Assembly: GCA_038316775.1 (NCBI GenBank)
Contig: JBBQAV010000005.1
Location: 598-64,597 of the forward strand
Length of the DNA stretch: 64,000 bases
DNA from: Gemmatimonadales bacterium
GTDB taxonomy: Bacteria; Gemmatimonadota; Gemmatimonadetes; Gemmatimonadales; Gemmatimonadaceae
Direction: 5' to 3'
Shown here: piece after piece, positions 1 to 10,139 of the stretch
Position numbering within the stretch: the stretch's first letter is position 1
Layout: every line of letters starts with the position of its first letter
Notes under the pieces: model-generated
What the model saw: only the letters and a program-made list of their open reading frames with translations
Database searches by the model: none
Told to the model about the DNA's origin: nothing
Position numbers and translations under genes: made by a program

Positions 1-1
1 T

Positions 2-1186
2 GTGGCGGGATCGATCCGGCGGCACAATGAGGTCGTGGCGGACATCGACATCGTCGCGGAGTGCTCAAGGGATCCGGCCAAGGTAGCCGATTCATTTGCG
101 CGATCGCCGGGAGTGCGCGAGGCCAAGTCCGGCGACGATCCAGGCTCGGTGGAGCTTCGGTTCGTCGATGGAACGCATCTCGACATGCATTGCGTGAGCA
201 AGGCCGACTACCCCGTTGCTCTATGGCGCGCGACGGGCAGCTCGGCGCACGTCGAGGAGATGAACGTTTTCGCGGACAAGCGGGGATTCGAGATAGAGGG
301 AAACTCGCTCGCCAAAAAGGGTGGAAAGCGGGTCCCCCTCGACGATGAAGAGTCGTTTTTCACCGCGCTCGATCTGGAGCCGATCCCGCCCGAGCTGCGC
401 GAGGGAATGGGCGAGATCGAAGCGGCGGCGCGGCGCGAGCTGCCGAATCTCGTGACGTTCGACGACATTCGCGGCGTACTGCATTGCCACTCCGATTATT
501 CGGATGGCACCGCGACAATCGAAGCGATGGCGAACGCGGCGAAGGAGCGCGGTTGGGATTACATCGGCATCTCCGACCACTCCGAGTCTGCGTTCTATGC
601 CGGTGGGCTCAAGCGGGATGAAGTCCTGAGGCAGCACGAGGAAATCGACCGGCTCAACGAGCAGATGAAGGATTTCCACATTCTCAAGGGAATCGAAGCC
701 GACATCCTTGCCGACGGCCGCATCGACTACGACTCACCGACGCTCGACCTGTTCGACTACGTGGTGGGATCCATCCATTCGCGCTTCAGCATGGAGGGCG
801 ACGCGATGACGAAGCGGGTACTCACCGCGCTCGACGATCCGCATCTCACGATCCTCGCGCACCCGACCGGCAGGTTGCTGCTCTCGCGCGAGCCGTACCC
901 ACTCGATATCGAGGCCGTGCTCGAGAAAGCGGTGCAGGTTGGAGTGGCGGTGGAGCTCAACGCCGATCCGCGCCGTCTCGACCTGGACTGGCGCTATTGC
1001 CGGCAGGCGAAAAAGCTCGGTGTAACGATCGAGATCGGGCCCGACGCGCACTCGACGGCGGGGCTCGACAATGTTCATTTCGGGATCGGAATGGCGCGGA
1101 AGGCGTGGCTCGAGGCGGGCGAGATTCTCAATGTGCGGAGCGCGGACGACGTTCTTGCCTTCGTAGCGCGCCGGCGAAAACGGTGA
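2..1186 (+). CDS. polX: DNA polymerase X family / PHP-domain 3'-5' exonuclease (5'-partial, runs off window)
   Basis: AGSIRR...DIDI PolX palm motif, TGS..H motif, then PHP domain with LHCHSDYSDG, ISDHS, GIEADI, AHPTGR and PDAH. Confidence 0.9.
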   Translation: MAGSIRRHNEVVADIDIVAECSRDPAKVADSFARSPGVREAKSGDDPGSVELRFVDGTHLDMHCVSKADYPVALWRATGSSAHVEEMNVFADKRGFEIEGNSLAKKGGKRVPLDDEESFFTALDLEPIPPELREGMGEIEAAARRELPNLVTFDDIRGVLHCHSDYSDGTATIEAMANAAKERGWDYIGISDHSESAFYAGGLKRDEVLRQHEEIDRLNEQMKDFHILKGIEADILADGRIDYDSPTLDLFDYVVGSIHSRFSMEGDAMTKRVLTALDDPHLTILAHPTGRLLLSREPYPLDIEAVLEKAVQVGVAVELNADPRRLDLDWRYCRQAKKLGVTIEIGPDAHSTAGLDNVHFGIGMARKAWLEAGEILNVRSADDVLAFVARRRKR

Positions 1187-1357
1187 ACTGACTCGGCGCT
1201 GATTCGACACGGCGAGAGTTTTTTCATCGCGTGACAGCGGCAGCCACCGCTCGCACCCTGTCGTCCACCGTTTGTCGCTTGATGGCTCCTATTGGCCGGC
1301 GCATTCCTTCTCGTGCCTTCGGGGGCTTGGCGCTATGCTTTGATGGAGGCACGCGCA

Positions 1358-2590
1358 ATGTCAGCCATACCCGTCCTGCAAAAGCTTCTGAAACGCTCGA
1401 TCGCACTCCGCGCTCTTTCCCCATTCATCGGGGCGACGATCCTGGTGGCCGCGTGTGTCTCCAACAAGGCGTCGGAACAGAACGCCGAGGTCGCGACCGG
1501 GGGTGCCGCGGCGAATGACGATTTCTCGCCGCAGAACGTCGCGAATGGGCAGCGCATTTTCCGATTCGACACTTTCGGCGATGAGCAATTCTGGACCGAT
1601 ACGCTCCAGCTGAATCAGGTCGTCGAAAGCGCCGTCGATCCGACCACAGCACTCAAGGTGGGACTGAAGGTAGACGCGGATGTTCTTCCGGCCGGGATCC
1701 TTCAAAAGGTCGATCTCAAGAGCCCGGCGACCACCGTCGCGCTCCTCAAGATGAACGCGGTCGTCGGGCTCCAGGCCACGGTCGATGCCAACAATCACAT
1801 CACGCGGCTCGGCGTCACGTGCGCGCTCTGCCACTCGAGCGTGGACAACTCGGTGATGCCTGGCATTGGCCATCGAAAGGACGGCTGGCCCAACCGCGAG
1901 CTCAACGTCGGTGCGATCATCGCGCTCTCGCCAAAGCTCACACCGGCGCAGAAGGCGGTGTACAGCTCGTGGGGCGCCGGGAAGTACGACCCCCGCTACA
2001 ACATCGATGGAAAGAACACTCCCCTCGTCCTTCCGCCCGCTTACGGGTTGGCCAAGGTGACGAATGAGACGTATACCGCCGAGGGGCCAATTTCATATTG
2101 GAACGCGTACGTCGCCGTCACCCAGATGCATGGTCACGGGAATTTTTCCGATCCGAGATTGGGCGTCGATATCAGGCAGTCACCAGATTTGGTGGGTCCA
2201 AAGCTCGCCGCTCTCCGCGCGTACCAACACAGTCTGCCGACCCCCGAGGCTGCGGCGGGCAGTTACGATGTTGCCGCCGCACAAAGTGGTCGCGCTGTTT
2301 TCGCCTCGACGTGCGCCTCATGCCATGTGGGCGTCACCGGCACCGATAATAATTCCGGCCGTTTGCACGCACCGGCGGAAACGGGAATGGACGCCGCGTA
2401 CGCGGTACGGACCGCGAACAAGGCTTACCGCACAACGCCGCTCAGAGGCCTCGCGCTGCACCCTCCCTATTTCCACGATGGAAGTGCCGCGACGCTCGCC
2501 GATGTCGTTGGCCATTACAACAATGTTCGGAAACTCGGCCTGACTGCCGACGCTCAGAGGAGTCTGGTGGAGTATCTGAAATCGCTCTAG
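1358..2590 (+). CDS. di-heme c-type cytochrome lipoprotein with cytochrome c peroxidase/MauG-like C-terminus, function unknown
   Basis: GGAGG RBS before ATG 1358; lipobox-like LVAAC; two CxxCH motifs (CALCH, CASCH); TPLRG..HPPYFHDGS..TL.DVV.HY tail. Confidence 0.7.
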   Translation: MSAIPVLQKLLKRSIALRALSPFIGATILVAACVSNKASEQNAEVATGGAAANDDFSPQNVANGQRIFRFDTFGDEQFWTDTLQLNQVVESAVDPTTALKVGLKVDADVLPAGILQKVDLKSPATTVALLKMNAVVGLQATVDANNHITRLGVTCALCHSSVDNSVMPGIGHRKDGWPNRELNVGAIIALSPKLTPAQKAVYSSWGAGKYDPRYNIDGKNTPLVLPPAYGLAKVTNETYTAEGPISYWNAYVAVTQMHGHGNFSDPRLGVDIRQSPDLVGPKLAALRAYQHSLPTPEAAAGSYDVAAAQSGRAVFASTCASCHVGVTGTDNNSGRLHAPAETGMDAAYAVRTANKAYRTTPLRGLALHPPYFHDGSAATLADVVGHYNNVRKLGLTADAQRSLVEYLKSL

Positions 2591-2638
2591 TGCAGTTCGC
2601 AGCTTGAAGTCACGCGGCCTGCTGCCGATGTTGAGGGA

Positions 2639-3373
2639 ATGCCACGACTTCTGAAGCGAGCCGCAAAACCTCGGACGAAGCAGGCCGTAAAACCTCGAAA
2701 GCGTGCGACGCGCGCGCGGCGGAAAATCTCCGCGCGCGAGCTGCCAGCCTACGCGAGAGAGGTGTTCACGCGGCTGGAGCGAGCGCATCCCGACGCGCAT
2801 TGTGAGCTGGATCACGAGACGCCGCTCCAGCTGCTGGTCGCAACGATTCTGAGCGCGCAGTGCACCGACAAGCGCGTCAACATGGTAACGCCGCAACTCT
2901 TCCAGACCCTCCCTACAGCTGCGGCTCTCGCGGATGCGCCGCCCGAGCAGCTCGAGAATCTGATCAGGAGCACCGGCTTCTTCCGAAACAAGACGAAGAG
3001 TCTGATCGGACTCGGAAAAGCCCTCGTCGAGCGCCACGAGGGCCAAGTGCCGGATTCGATGGAAGAGTTGGTTCAGCTCCCCGGCGTCGGCCGCAAAACC
3101 GCGAACGTCATCCTCGGCAACGCTTTCAGCAAGAACGAAGGCGTCGTGGTCGACACACACGTTGCTCGCGTAAGCCAGCGCCTCGGCCTCACCAAGCACA
3201 CGGATCCGGTCAAAATCGAACAGGATCTCATGAAGCTGTTCCCACGCGACAAGTGGGCTCTGCTGTCACACCTGCTCATCTTCCACGGCCGGCGAATTTG
3301 CGAGGCGCGCTTGCCCAAGTGCGAAATTTGCCCGCTGAACGACATCTGCCCTTCGAGCAGAGTCCCAGAATGA
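2639..3373 (+). CDS. nth: endonuclease III
   Basis: LLVATILSAQCTDKRVN, HhH motif LPGVGRKTANV, VDTHV, C-terminal 4Fe-4S motif C-x6-C-x2-C-x5-C. Confidence 0.95.
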   Translation: MPRLLKRAAKPRTKQAVKPRKRATRARRKISARELPAYAREVFTRLERAHPDAHCELDHETPLQLLVATILSAQCTDKRVNMVTPQLFQTLPTAAALADAPPEQLENLIRSTGFFRNKTKSLIGLGKALVERHEGQVPDSMEELVQLPGVGRKTANVILGNAFSKNEGVVVDTHVARVSQRLGLTKHTDPVKIEQDLMKLFPRDKWALLSHLLIFHGRRICEARLPKCEICPLNDICPSSRVPE

Positions 3374-3398
3374 CCAACTCGCCGAGATCGGTGAAGTA

Positions 3399-3440
3399 AG
3401 CCGGCAGCGGGAAGCAGGCAGCGATCAGCGGGCAGCGTGT
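3399..3440 (+). repeat. six degenerate tandem heptamers (AGCNNNN)
   Basis: agccggc agcggga agcaggc agcgatc agcgggc agcgtgt, intergenic. Confidence 0.6.
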
Positions 3441-3529
3441 AGTGTTCCGTTCACTGGCTCATTCTTCCCACAGTAAGGCTAGCGATTACATTCCAACGTC
3501 AGAAAAACTCCTCACACGAACCCCCGCAG

Positions 3530-4009
3530 ATGACCAAGATTGCAACGATAGAAACGAACAGAGGCACCGTGAAAGCCGAGCTTTACGAAAAGGACGCGCC
3601 GAAAACGGTGGCCAATTTCGAGAAGCTCGCGAACTCCGGCTTCTACGACGGAACCAGGTTCCATCGCGTCATCAAGGATTTCATGGTGCAGGGCGGCGAT
3701 CCGTACTCGAAGGGCGGTGAGCACGCAAAAGGTCCAGTTGGCACCGGTGGGCCTGGCTACAAGATCGACTGTGAGACGCAGGGAAATCCGCGCAAGCACG
3801 AAGTCGGCGCACTGTCGATGGCGCATGCCGGCAAGAACACGGGTGGCAGCCAGTTCTTCATCGTCCTGAGCGAGCAGAACACGAAGCACCTGAACGGAGT
3901 GCACACTGTTTTCGGAAAGGTGATCGAGGGGCTCGACGTGGTTCCGAAAATCAGTCAGAACGACACCGTATCGAAAGCAAGAGTCTCGAGTGATTCGGGA
4001 GCGAAGTGA
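3530..4009 (+). CDS. cyclophilin-type peptidyl-prolyl cis-trans isomerase
   Basis: [49 protein letters not shown]. Confidence 0.95.
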   Translation: MTKIATIETNRGTVKAELYEKDAPKTVANFEKLANSGFYDGTRFHRVIKDFMVQGGDPYSKGGEHAKGPVGTGGPGYKIDCETQGNPRKHEVGALSMAHAGKNTGGSQFFIVLSEQNTKHLNGVHTVFGKVIEGLDVVPKISQNDTVSKARVSSDSGAK

Positions 4010-4158
4010 TGGCGACCAAGAAAAAGACTGACCTCAGCGCCGCGCTTACCGGCCTGATCCTCGGCTCCGTGACGCTGTTTCTTCTGCTGACATCGATAGT
4101 GCTGCTGACGAACGCGCACTACCGGGACGAGGAAGCGGCGGAAGCCACCCACAAGTAG
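4009..4158 (+). CDS. small single-pass membrane protein (49 aa), not in ORF track
   Basis: TGATG overlap with the cyclophilin stop; [49 protein letters not shown]. Confidence 0.6.
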   Translation: MATKKKTDLSAALTGLILGSVTLFLLLTSIVLLTNAHYRDEEAAEATHK

Positions 4159-4177
4159 AAAAGCCTCGGGGCAATCC

Positions 4178-4221
4178 TTGACGCAGTAAGCAGACCCGCA
4201 GTATCTTACTGACTGGTCAGT
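4178..4221 (+). promoter_or_regulatory. sigma70-like promoter with adjacent palindromic TetR operator
   Basis: TTGACG(4178)-18 nt-TATCTT(4202), immediately followed by the palindrome ACTGAC-TG-GTCAGT (4208-4221) upstream of the TetR gene. Confidence 0.65.
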
Positions 4222-4239
4222 TACTACCTTGGTTTATCA

Positions 4240-4950
4240 ATGCCCCGCACCAAGCCCGCCGCACAAAAATCGCCCAAGTGGCGCCGACGCCCGGAACACC
4301 GGCCCCAGCAGATCATCGACGCGGCCCTCCAAGTCTTCGGCGAGTGCGGGCTCGCCAACGCACGGCTCCAGGATATCGCCGACCGAGCCGGAGTCTCCAA
4401 GGGCACCATCTACCTCTACTTCCCCAACAAGGAAGAGCTCTTTAGAGAAGTGGTCCGCCAGACAGCCGTCGCCAGCATCGCGAAAGGCGAGGAGACGGTC
4501 GCCCACGGTACGCCCACCGAGCAGCTCTGTGGCGCCATGCGCGGGTACTGGCAGTTCGTTCGGTCTCCTGCCTTCAGCACCATCCACCGCCTCGTCCTCG
4601 GCGAGCTCCACCAGTTCCCCGATCTCGCCACGTTCTACGCGAATGAGGTCACCGCCCGCGGCCTGAAGCTGCTCAGCGGGATCATTCGACGCGGAATTGA
4701 AAGCGGCGAGTTCCGCGAGATCGACCCGATGGTCGCCGCCCGCATGCTCGTCGCCCTCACCGTCATGAACGGCATTTGGCGCGATGAGCACACCGGCGTC
4801 CCGCTCCTCTGCCACAAGAAGGACGAGGAGGTATTTCGCGAGCTGGCCGACTTTTTTCTGCACTCGCTCACGACAACCGGCGGTTCGTTCGCGCAGGCCG
4901 ATGGCGCTCCACCGGACGCAGTTGCGTTCATCCCTTCCATTAATGACTGA
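4240..4950 (+). CDS. TetR/AcrR family transcriptional regulator
   Basis: N-terminal HTH IADRAGVSKGTIYLYFPNKEELF; heads the efflux operon. Confidence 0.93.
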   Translation: MPRTKPAAQKSPKWRRRPEHRPQQIIDAALQVFGECGLANARLQDIADRAGVSKGTIYLYFPNKEELFREVVRQTAVASIAKGEETVAHGTPTEQLCGAMRGYWQFVRSPAFSTIHRLVLGELHQFPDLATFYANEVTARGLKLLSGIIRRGIESGEFREIDPMVAARMLVALTVMNGIWRDEHTGVPLLCHKKDEEVFRELADFFLHSLTTTGGSFAQADGAPPDAVAFIPSIND

Positions 4951-6310
4951 AATCACTTCCACGCTTCGTATCAGCTTTATGACGGCGACCGCGGCGATCG
5001 CATTCGCCGCTTCCGCCCCTTCTGCTCAGACGGCGCCGCCAGTACCCCTCACGCTTGGCGATGCAGCGCGGCTCGCCGCTCGTCAAAGCGCGCTCGCGCA
5101 GGGTGCGCGGCTCCGCGTCGACGAAGCCCAGGCCCGCGTTCGCCAGCGCAAAGCCGATCTTCTCCCGAGCTTCAGCGGCTACGTCCAGGAAGCCGGACGC
5201 ACATTCAACACATCCACGCTCGGCATCGATTTTCCGACGCCGCCCGGCCAGCCCCCGCTGTTCGATCCCAAGGGTCAGGTCGAGGGCCCGGTCAACACGC
5301 TGGACGTTCGAGGGCGAGTTCAGCAGAACCTTCTCGACTTTGGCGCCATCGGACGCTTGCGCTCCGCTCAGGCTCAGGCGCGTTCATCGAGCGCGGACGC
5401 TGATGCCACCGCGGAGCAAGCGGCTACGATCGCGACGACAGCCTACGTGAGAGCCATGCGCGCTGACGCCGATCTGCGCGCGCGCCAGGCCGACACGCTC
5501 CTCGCGACGGAGCTGCTCAGAATCGCGCAATCGCAGCTCCAGGCCGGCACCGGTGTCGGACTCGACGTCACCCGCGCCCGAGCGCAGCTCGCCGCGACTC
5601 GCGCCAGCCTTCTCGGGTCGCGCAATACGCGCGATCACGCGCATCTCGATCTTCTGCGCTCCCTCGCTCTCCCGGTGGGCACGGAAGTCCTTCTCGCGGA
5701 CTCTCTGTCCGAGGCTGTCGTTGGACAACCAATTCCCGACGAGGCGACGCTCGTCGCGCAGGCTCTTCGCAACCGCCCCGATCTGCTCGCCGAAGAGGAG
5801 CGCATCCGCGCGGCGAAACAGGGCCTCTCGGCCATCAAGGCGGAGCGGCTTCCTTCACTGGGTCTCGTCGCCGACGATGGCGTCATCGGAAAGAACGGAG
5901 CGAAGCTGCTCAACACCTACACGTGGGGCTTGCAGGTCTCCATTCCACTCTTCGACGGCTTCAAACGCGAAGGGCGATTGCAGGAACAGCAGTCAATCAT
6001 AAAGGAAGCCGAGGTCCGCCGGCGGGATCTGGAACAGCAGGCTCAGGCTGATGTGCGGGGCGCGCTGCTGGATCTCTCGGGCGCCAGCGAGCAGCTCGAT
6101 GCGGCAAGCGAGCGGCTGCGGCTCGCCGAGCAGGAGCTGGCGCAAGCCCGCGACCGCTTCAACGCGGGCGTTGCGGGGAATGCGGATGTGGTGAATGCAT
6201 CGCTCGCGCTTACCTCATCGCGAATGCTTGTGAACGACGCGGAAACACTGTACCAACTGGCGCGCGTAGCGCTCGCACGGGCGACAGGAAGCGTTACAAC
6301 GCTCAGATAA
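4943..6310 (+). CDS. TolC family outer membrane efflux protein
   Basis: signal peptide, helical OEP-like repeats, LPSL..YTWGLQVSIPLFDG; ATG overlaps the TetR 3' end. Confidence 0.9.
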   Translation: MTEITSTLRISFMTATAAIAFAASAPSAQTAPPVPLTLGDAARLAARQSALAQGARLRVDEAQARVRQRKADLLPSFSGYVQEAGRTFNTSTLGIDFPTPPGQPPLFDPKGQVEGPVNTLDVRGRVQQNLLDFGAIGRLRSAQAQARSSSADADATAEQAATIATTAYVRAMRADADLRARQADTLLATELLRIAQSQLQAGTGVGLDVTRARAQLAATRASLLGSRNTRDHAHLDLLRSLALPVGTEVLLADSLSEAVVGQPIPDEATLVAQALRNRPDLLAEEERIRAAKQGLSAIKAERLPSLGLVADDGVIGKNGAKLLNTYTWGLQVSIPLFDGFKREGRLQEQQSIIKEAEVRRRDLEQQAQADVRGALLDLSGASEQLDAASERLRLAEQELAQARDRFNAGVAGNADVVNASLALTSSRMLVNDAETLYQLARVALARATGSVTTLR

Positions 6311-6364
6311 ACACGAAATATCTTGCAAACCTCCAATTAGACCATCAGGAACACAGGACAGCTC

Positions 6365-7492
6365 ATGGCCACCGCAATCGGCACCGATTCGCCCGCTACT
6401 CCCGGTTCACGCAACGGCAGATCCGCCGCGGAAGATTCCGGGAAGCCATCCAATAAAAAGAAGATCATCCTGCCGATAGTCGGACTGCTAGCGCTCGTCC
6501 TTCTGTTCTGGGCGTTCCAGAAGTGGAGCTACGGCAGAACGCACCAGTCGACGGACAACGCGCAGGTCGATGGACACATCGTTCCGGTGCTGGCGAAAGT
6601 CGGAGGGTACGTGAAGACAGTGGGCGTGAGCGAGAATGACCATGTGAAGGCAGGTCAGGCGCTCGTCCAGCTCGACGATGCGGACTATCAGGTCCGGTTT
6701 CAGCAGGCGCAGGCGGATCTCGCCGCGGCCGAAGCAACCGGTGGTGGCGGCGGTTTTTCGGGACAGGCACAGGCGCAGGTGCAGAGCGCGACAGGTCAGC
6801 AGGCTGCGCTAAGCGCTCAGATCGGAGCCGCCCGCGCCAACGCCAATAAGGCCGACGCGGATCTCGCGCGTGCCCGCGAGCTCGTAGCCAAACAGATCAT
6901 ATCGAAGCAGCAGCTCGATGCGGCACAGGCGATGGCCGACGTAGCGCACGCGAATCTCATCGCGGCCGAGCGTCAGGCTTCGGCCGCAGGCGGAACGGTT
7001 AATACGGCGGAAGCCGGAGTTCGCGTCGCCAACGCGCGCACGATGGCAGCTCGCGCCGCTGCGGAGAATGCGCGGCTCCAGCTCGATTACACGCACATCA
7101 CAGCGCCGGCATCCGGCGAAATCTCGAGGAAGCAGGTCGAAGTGGGACAGCTCGTCGCTCCGGGGCAGCCGTTGCTCAGCATCGTTGCTGACACAGGCGT
7201 GTGGGTCACCGCGAATTTCAAGGAGACACAGCTGGCCAAGATTCGCCCCGGCCAGCCGGTCGAGTTCGAGATCGATGCCTACGGCGGCTGCGTCGGCGAG
7301 GGTAAAGTGGCGAGCGTGAGCGGCGCGACCGGAGCAAAGTTCGCTCTGCTGCCGCCTGACAACGCGACCGGGAACTTCACCAAGGTCGTACAGCGCGTGC
7401 CGGTGCGAATCGCCGTGACGAAGCCGTGTCCCGGATACACGTTGCGACCCGGACTGTCAGCGACCGTCCACATCGACACTTCGAACCGGTGA
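6365..7492 (+). CDS. HlyD/EmrA family membrane fusion protein
   Basis: STDNAQVDGH, ANFKETQL..IRPGQ, ATGAKFALLPPDNATGNFTKVVQRVPV. Confidence 0.93.
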   Translation: MATAIGTDSPATPGSRNGRSAAEDSGKPSNKKKIILPIVGLLALVLLFWAFQKWSYGRTHQSTDNAQVDGHIVPVLAKVGGYVKTVGVSENDHVKAGQALVQLDDADYQVRFQQAQADLAAAEATGGGGGFSGQAQAQVQSATGQQAALSAQIGAARANANKADADLARARELVAKQIISKQQLDAAQAMADVAHANLIAAERQASAAGGTVNTAEAGVRVANARTMAARAAAENARLQLDYTHITAPASGEISRKQVEVGQLVAPGQPLLSIVADTGVWVTANFKETQLAKIRPGQPVEFEIDAYGGCVGEGKVASVSGATGAKFALLPPDNATGNFTKVVQRVPVRIAVTKPCPGYTLRPGLSATVHIDTSNR

Positions 7493-7494
7493 GC

Positions 7495-9075
7495 ATGGCC
7501 GTTTTGCGGTCCTCGCGGATGGCGACATCCTCCGAGGACCGCTACGCGCACAAGTACGTCATCGCCGCCACCGTAACCATGGCGGCGATGCTCGAGCTGA
7601 TCGACACCTCGATCGTGAACGTCGCGATCCCGCACATGATGGGGAACCTTGGCGCCACTCTCGACGAGATCGCGTGGGTCTCGACGTCGTACATCATCGC
7701 CAACGTCATCGTCATCCCGATGTCGGGGTGGCTGTCGGCGTTCTTCGGCAGAAAGCGCTATTTCACCGGGTCGATTCTTCTCTTCACCCTCGCGTCGTTC
7801 TTCTGCGGCGCGGCGCATTCCCTGCTCGGCCTCATTTTCTGGCGTGTGATTCAGGGAATCGGCGGCGGTGCGCTCCTGTCGACCGCGCAGGCCACATTGT
7901 ACGAGTCGTTCCCGCCGGAAGAAGCAGGAACCGGGATGGCGATCTTCGGTGTGGGGGTCATGGTCGGACCGACGCTCGGCCCGACGCTCGGCGGCTGGAT
8001 CACGGACAACTACAACTGGCCGTGGATCTTCTACATCAACGTTCCGCTAGGAATCATTGCCGCGATTCTGACGGTGACCTATGTGCACGATGCAGCGCAC
8101 CAGGAGCGTGCCGACAAGATCGACTATCTCGGAATAATCCTGCTGACGCTTTCCGTCGGCTCGCTGCAGTGGATGCTCGAACGCGGCGAGCGCTACGACT
8201 GGTGGGAGTCGCGCTTCGTGACAATGCTCGGCTTTACCGCGCTTCTCTCGGGAATCGCGCTCATCTGGCATGAGCTGACGACCGACGAGCCCGTAATCAA
8301 TTTCCGCATTCTGAAAAGTCGTCAGGTCACCGCGGGTGTCAGCATCGGCTTGCTGCTGGGATTTGCGCTATATGGGTCGGTGTTCATACTTCCTGTCTTT
8401 CTGCAGAGTTTGTTGCAGATGACGGCGTGGCAGACGGGGAAGATCATCCTGCCGGGAGCGATCGCGTCAGCCGTCACGATGGCGGTGGTCGGACGGAACG
8501 CGATGCGGCTCGACGCCCGCTACACCGTGATCGCCGGCGCATTTCTCTTCTTCTGGTCGATGCTGAAGCTGTCGCACCTCACATCGGCCAGCGGCCAGCA
8601 GGACTTATTCTGGCCGTTGATTCTTCGCGGTATGGGGCTCGGCCTCATCTTCGTTCCTTTGACGAACGCCACGATGGCCGACCTCAAGGTCAAGGATCTG
8701 GCGCAGGGCACCGGAATGTTCAATCTGATGCGCCAGCTTGGCGGCTCGCTCGGCATCGCGGTGATGGCGACACTGCTCGCGCGCTTCATGGCGTCCGAGA
8801 AGGCGGTCCTGGTAGAGCACGTCGGCGCGAATGATCCCGAGACGTTGAGCCGGCTCTCGATGATCACCCGCGGTCTCATCTCACGCGGAATCAATCCGAT
8901 GACGGCGCAGCAGCAGGCGCTTGCTATCCTCGACCGCCAGGTTTCGGTACAATCGAGCATGCTCGCATTCTCGAAGATTTATCTGTACAGCGGTCTGGTT
9001 CTCCTGGCCGCCCTCCCGCTTCTGCTCCTGTTCAGGACGGGCCGCGCGCGAGGATCGATGGGTCCGGTCCACTAG
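7495..9075 (+). CDS. DHA2 (EmrB/QacA) MFS multidrug efflux permease
   Basis: LELIDTSIVNVAIPHM, GPTLGPTLGGWITDNYNWPWIFYINVP, NLMRQLGGSLG. Confidence 0.93.
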   Translation: MAVLRSSRMATSSEDRYAHKYVIAATVTMAAMLELIDTSIVNVAIPHMMGNLGATLDEIAWVSTSYIIANVIVIPMSGWLSAFFGRKRYFTGSILLFTLASFFCGAAHSLLGLIFWRVIQGIGGGALLSTAQATLYESFPPEEAGTGMAIFGVGVMVGPTLGPTLGGWITDNYNWPWIFYINVPLGIIAAILTVTYVHDAAHQERADKIDYLGIILLTLSVGSLQWMLERGERYDWWESRFVTMLGFTALLSGIALIWHELTTDEPVINFRILKSRQVTAGVSIGLLLGFALYGSVFILPVFLQSLLQMTAWQTGKIILPGAIASAVTMAVVGRNAMRLDARYTVIAGAFLFFWSMLKLSHLTSASGQQDLFWPLILRGMGLGLIFVPLTNATMADLKVKDLAQGTGMFNLMRQLGGSLGIAVMATLLARFMASEKAVLVEHVGANDPETLSRLSMITRGLISRGINPMTAQQQALAILDRQVSVQSSMLAFSKIYLYSGLVLLAALPLLLLFRTGRARGSMGPVH

Positions 9076-9181
9076 GAATCGCGACTTGCCGACCGATGAA
9101 GCTGGGGACGCCGGTGGGGCTGGTCAGACCGTATCTTACGGCCAGAATTCCCCCCAGCCTGCTTCGTCAGCCCCTCAACGG

Positions 9182-9730
9182 TTGAACGCACCCATACGTA
9201 TTTCTGATGAGGAGCGAGAGCTCGTAAGTCTTGCCAGGACGGGGGACGAGCGAGGTTTTGCCGGTCTCGTGCGGCTGCATCAGCGGCGCGCCTACATAGT
9301 GGCGCGATCGATCGTCATGACGCACGAAGACGCCGAGGACGCGGTGCAGGAAGGTTTTCTGCGGGCGTACCAGGCGCTGGACCGGTTCGATCCCGCGCAG
9401 ACGTTCGGCGCGTGGCTCAATCGAATTGTCGCGAATGCGGCGCTCGACCTGGCCCGCCGCCGGAAGGTACGGAATGCGGAGGAGCTTTCCGAGTCGATTG
9501 CGACTCCGTTCCGGGATCCGGCAGAAGGCAAGGAGCTGCGGGAACGGCTCGACGCGGCGCTCGTGCAGCTGCCGGATAGGGCGCGGGCGGTGATAGTGCT
9601 GCATGATGTTGAGGGCTTTACGCACGCGGAGATTGGCGAAATGTTGGGGATACCGGGCGGAACGGCTCGCTCGGATTTGCACCACGCACGGCAGAAGCTG
9701 CGCGTACTGCTTGGAAACCTGAGGGATTAG
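9182..9730 (+). CDS. ECF RNA polymerase sigma factor (start uncertain: TTG 9086 or 9182)
   Basis: DAEDAVQEGFLRAY region 2; LHDVEGFTHAEIGEMLGIPGGTARSDLHHAR region 4. Confidence 0.88.
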   Translation: MNAPIRISDEERELVSLARTGDERGFAGLVRLHQRRAYIVARSIVMTHEDAEDAVQEGFLRAYQALDRFDPAQTFGAWLNRIVANAALDLARRRKVRNAEELSESIATPFRDPAEGKELRERLDAALVQLPDRARAVIVLHDVEGFTHAEIGEMLGIPGGTARSDLHHARQKLRVLLGNLRD

Positions 9731-9732
9731 CG

Positions 9733-10137
9733 ATGGAAGATCGTACCGATTTGCGGCTCGAAGACGAAGGGGATGCGAAGATCACGGAGATGCTCCGTGA
9801 TGCATACGCACCGCCCGCCGAAGGCTCTTATTGGGACGCCCTCGAGGCCCGCATCCTGTCGTACGTCAAGGCGCGCCAGCAAGTCGTGATTCCAGTGAAC
9901 TGGTGGTCCGATCTCGCGAATTGGTCCGCCCCTGGCCTCGCGGCCGCCGCTCTTCTGTTCGTTGCAGCAGGCGTGCTGTGGTCGAGGCAGAAGGATGAAG
10001 ACCTGAGCACGACCTACGATGCAGTCACTGAGTCTGTCGACTCGGAAGTCCTCCCCGGCGCCGTACAGGTTGTAACAGCTCCACACGATGGCTCGTCGCA
10101 GCGCGAGGCGACGTTCCGTTACGTCTTGTCACACTGA
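9733..10137 (+). CDS. putative single-TM anti-sigma factor
   Basis: directly follows the ECF sigma gene; one hydrophobic helix. Confidence 0.55.
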   Translation: MEDRTDLRLEDEGDAKITEMLRDAYAPPAEGSYWDALEARILSYVKARQQVVIPVNWWSDLANWSAPGLAAAALLFVAAGVLWSRQKDEDLSTTYDAVTESVDSEVLPGAVQVVTAPHDGSSQREATFRYVLSH

Positions 10138-10139
10138 GG

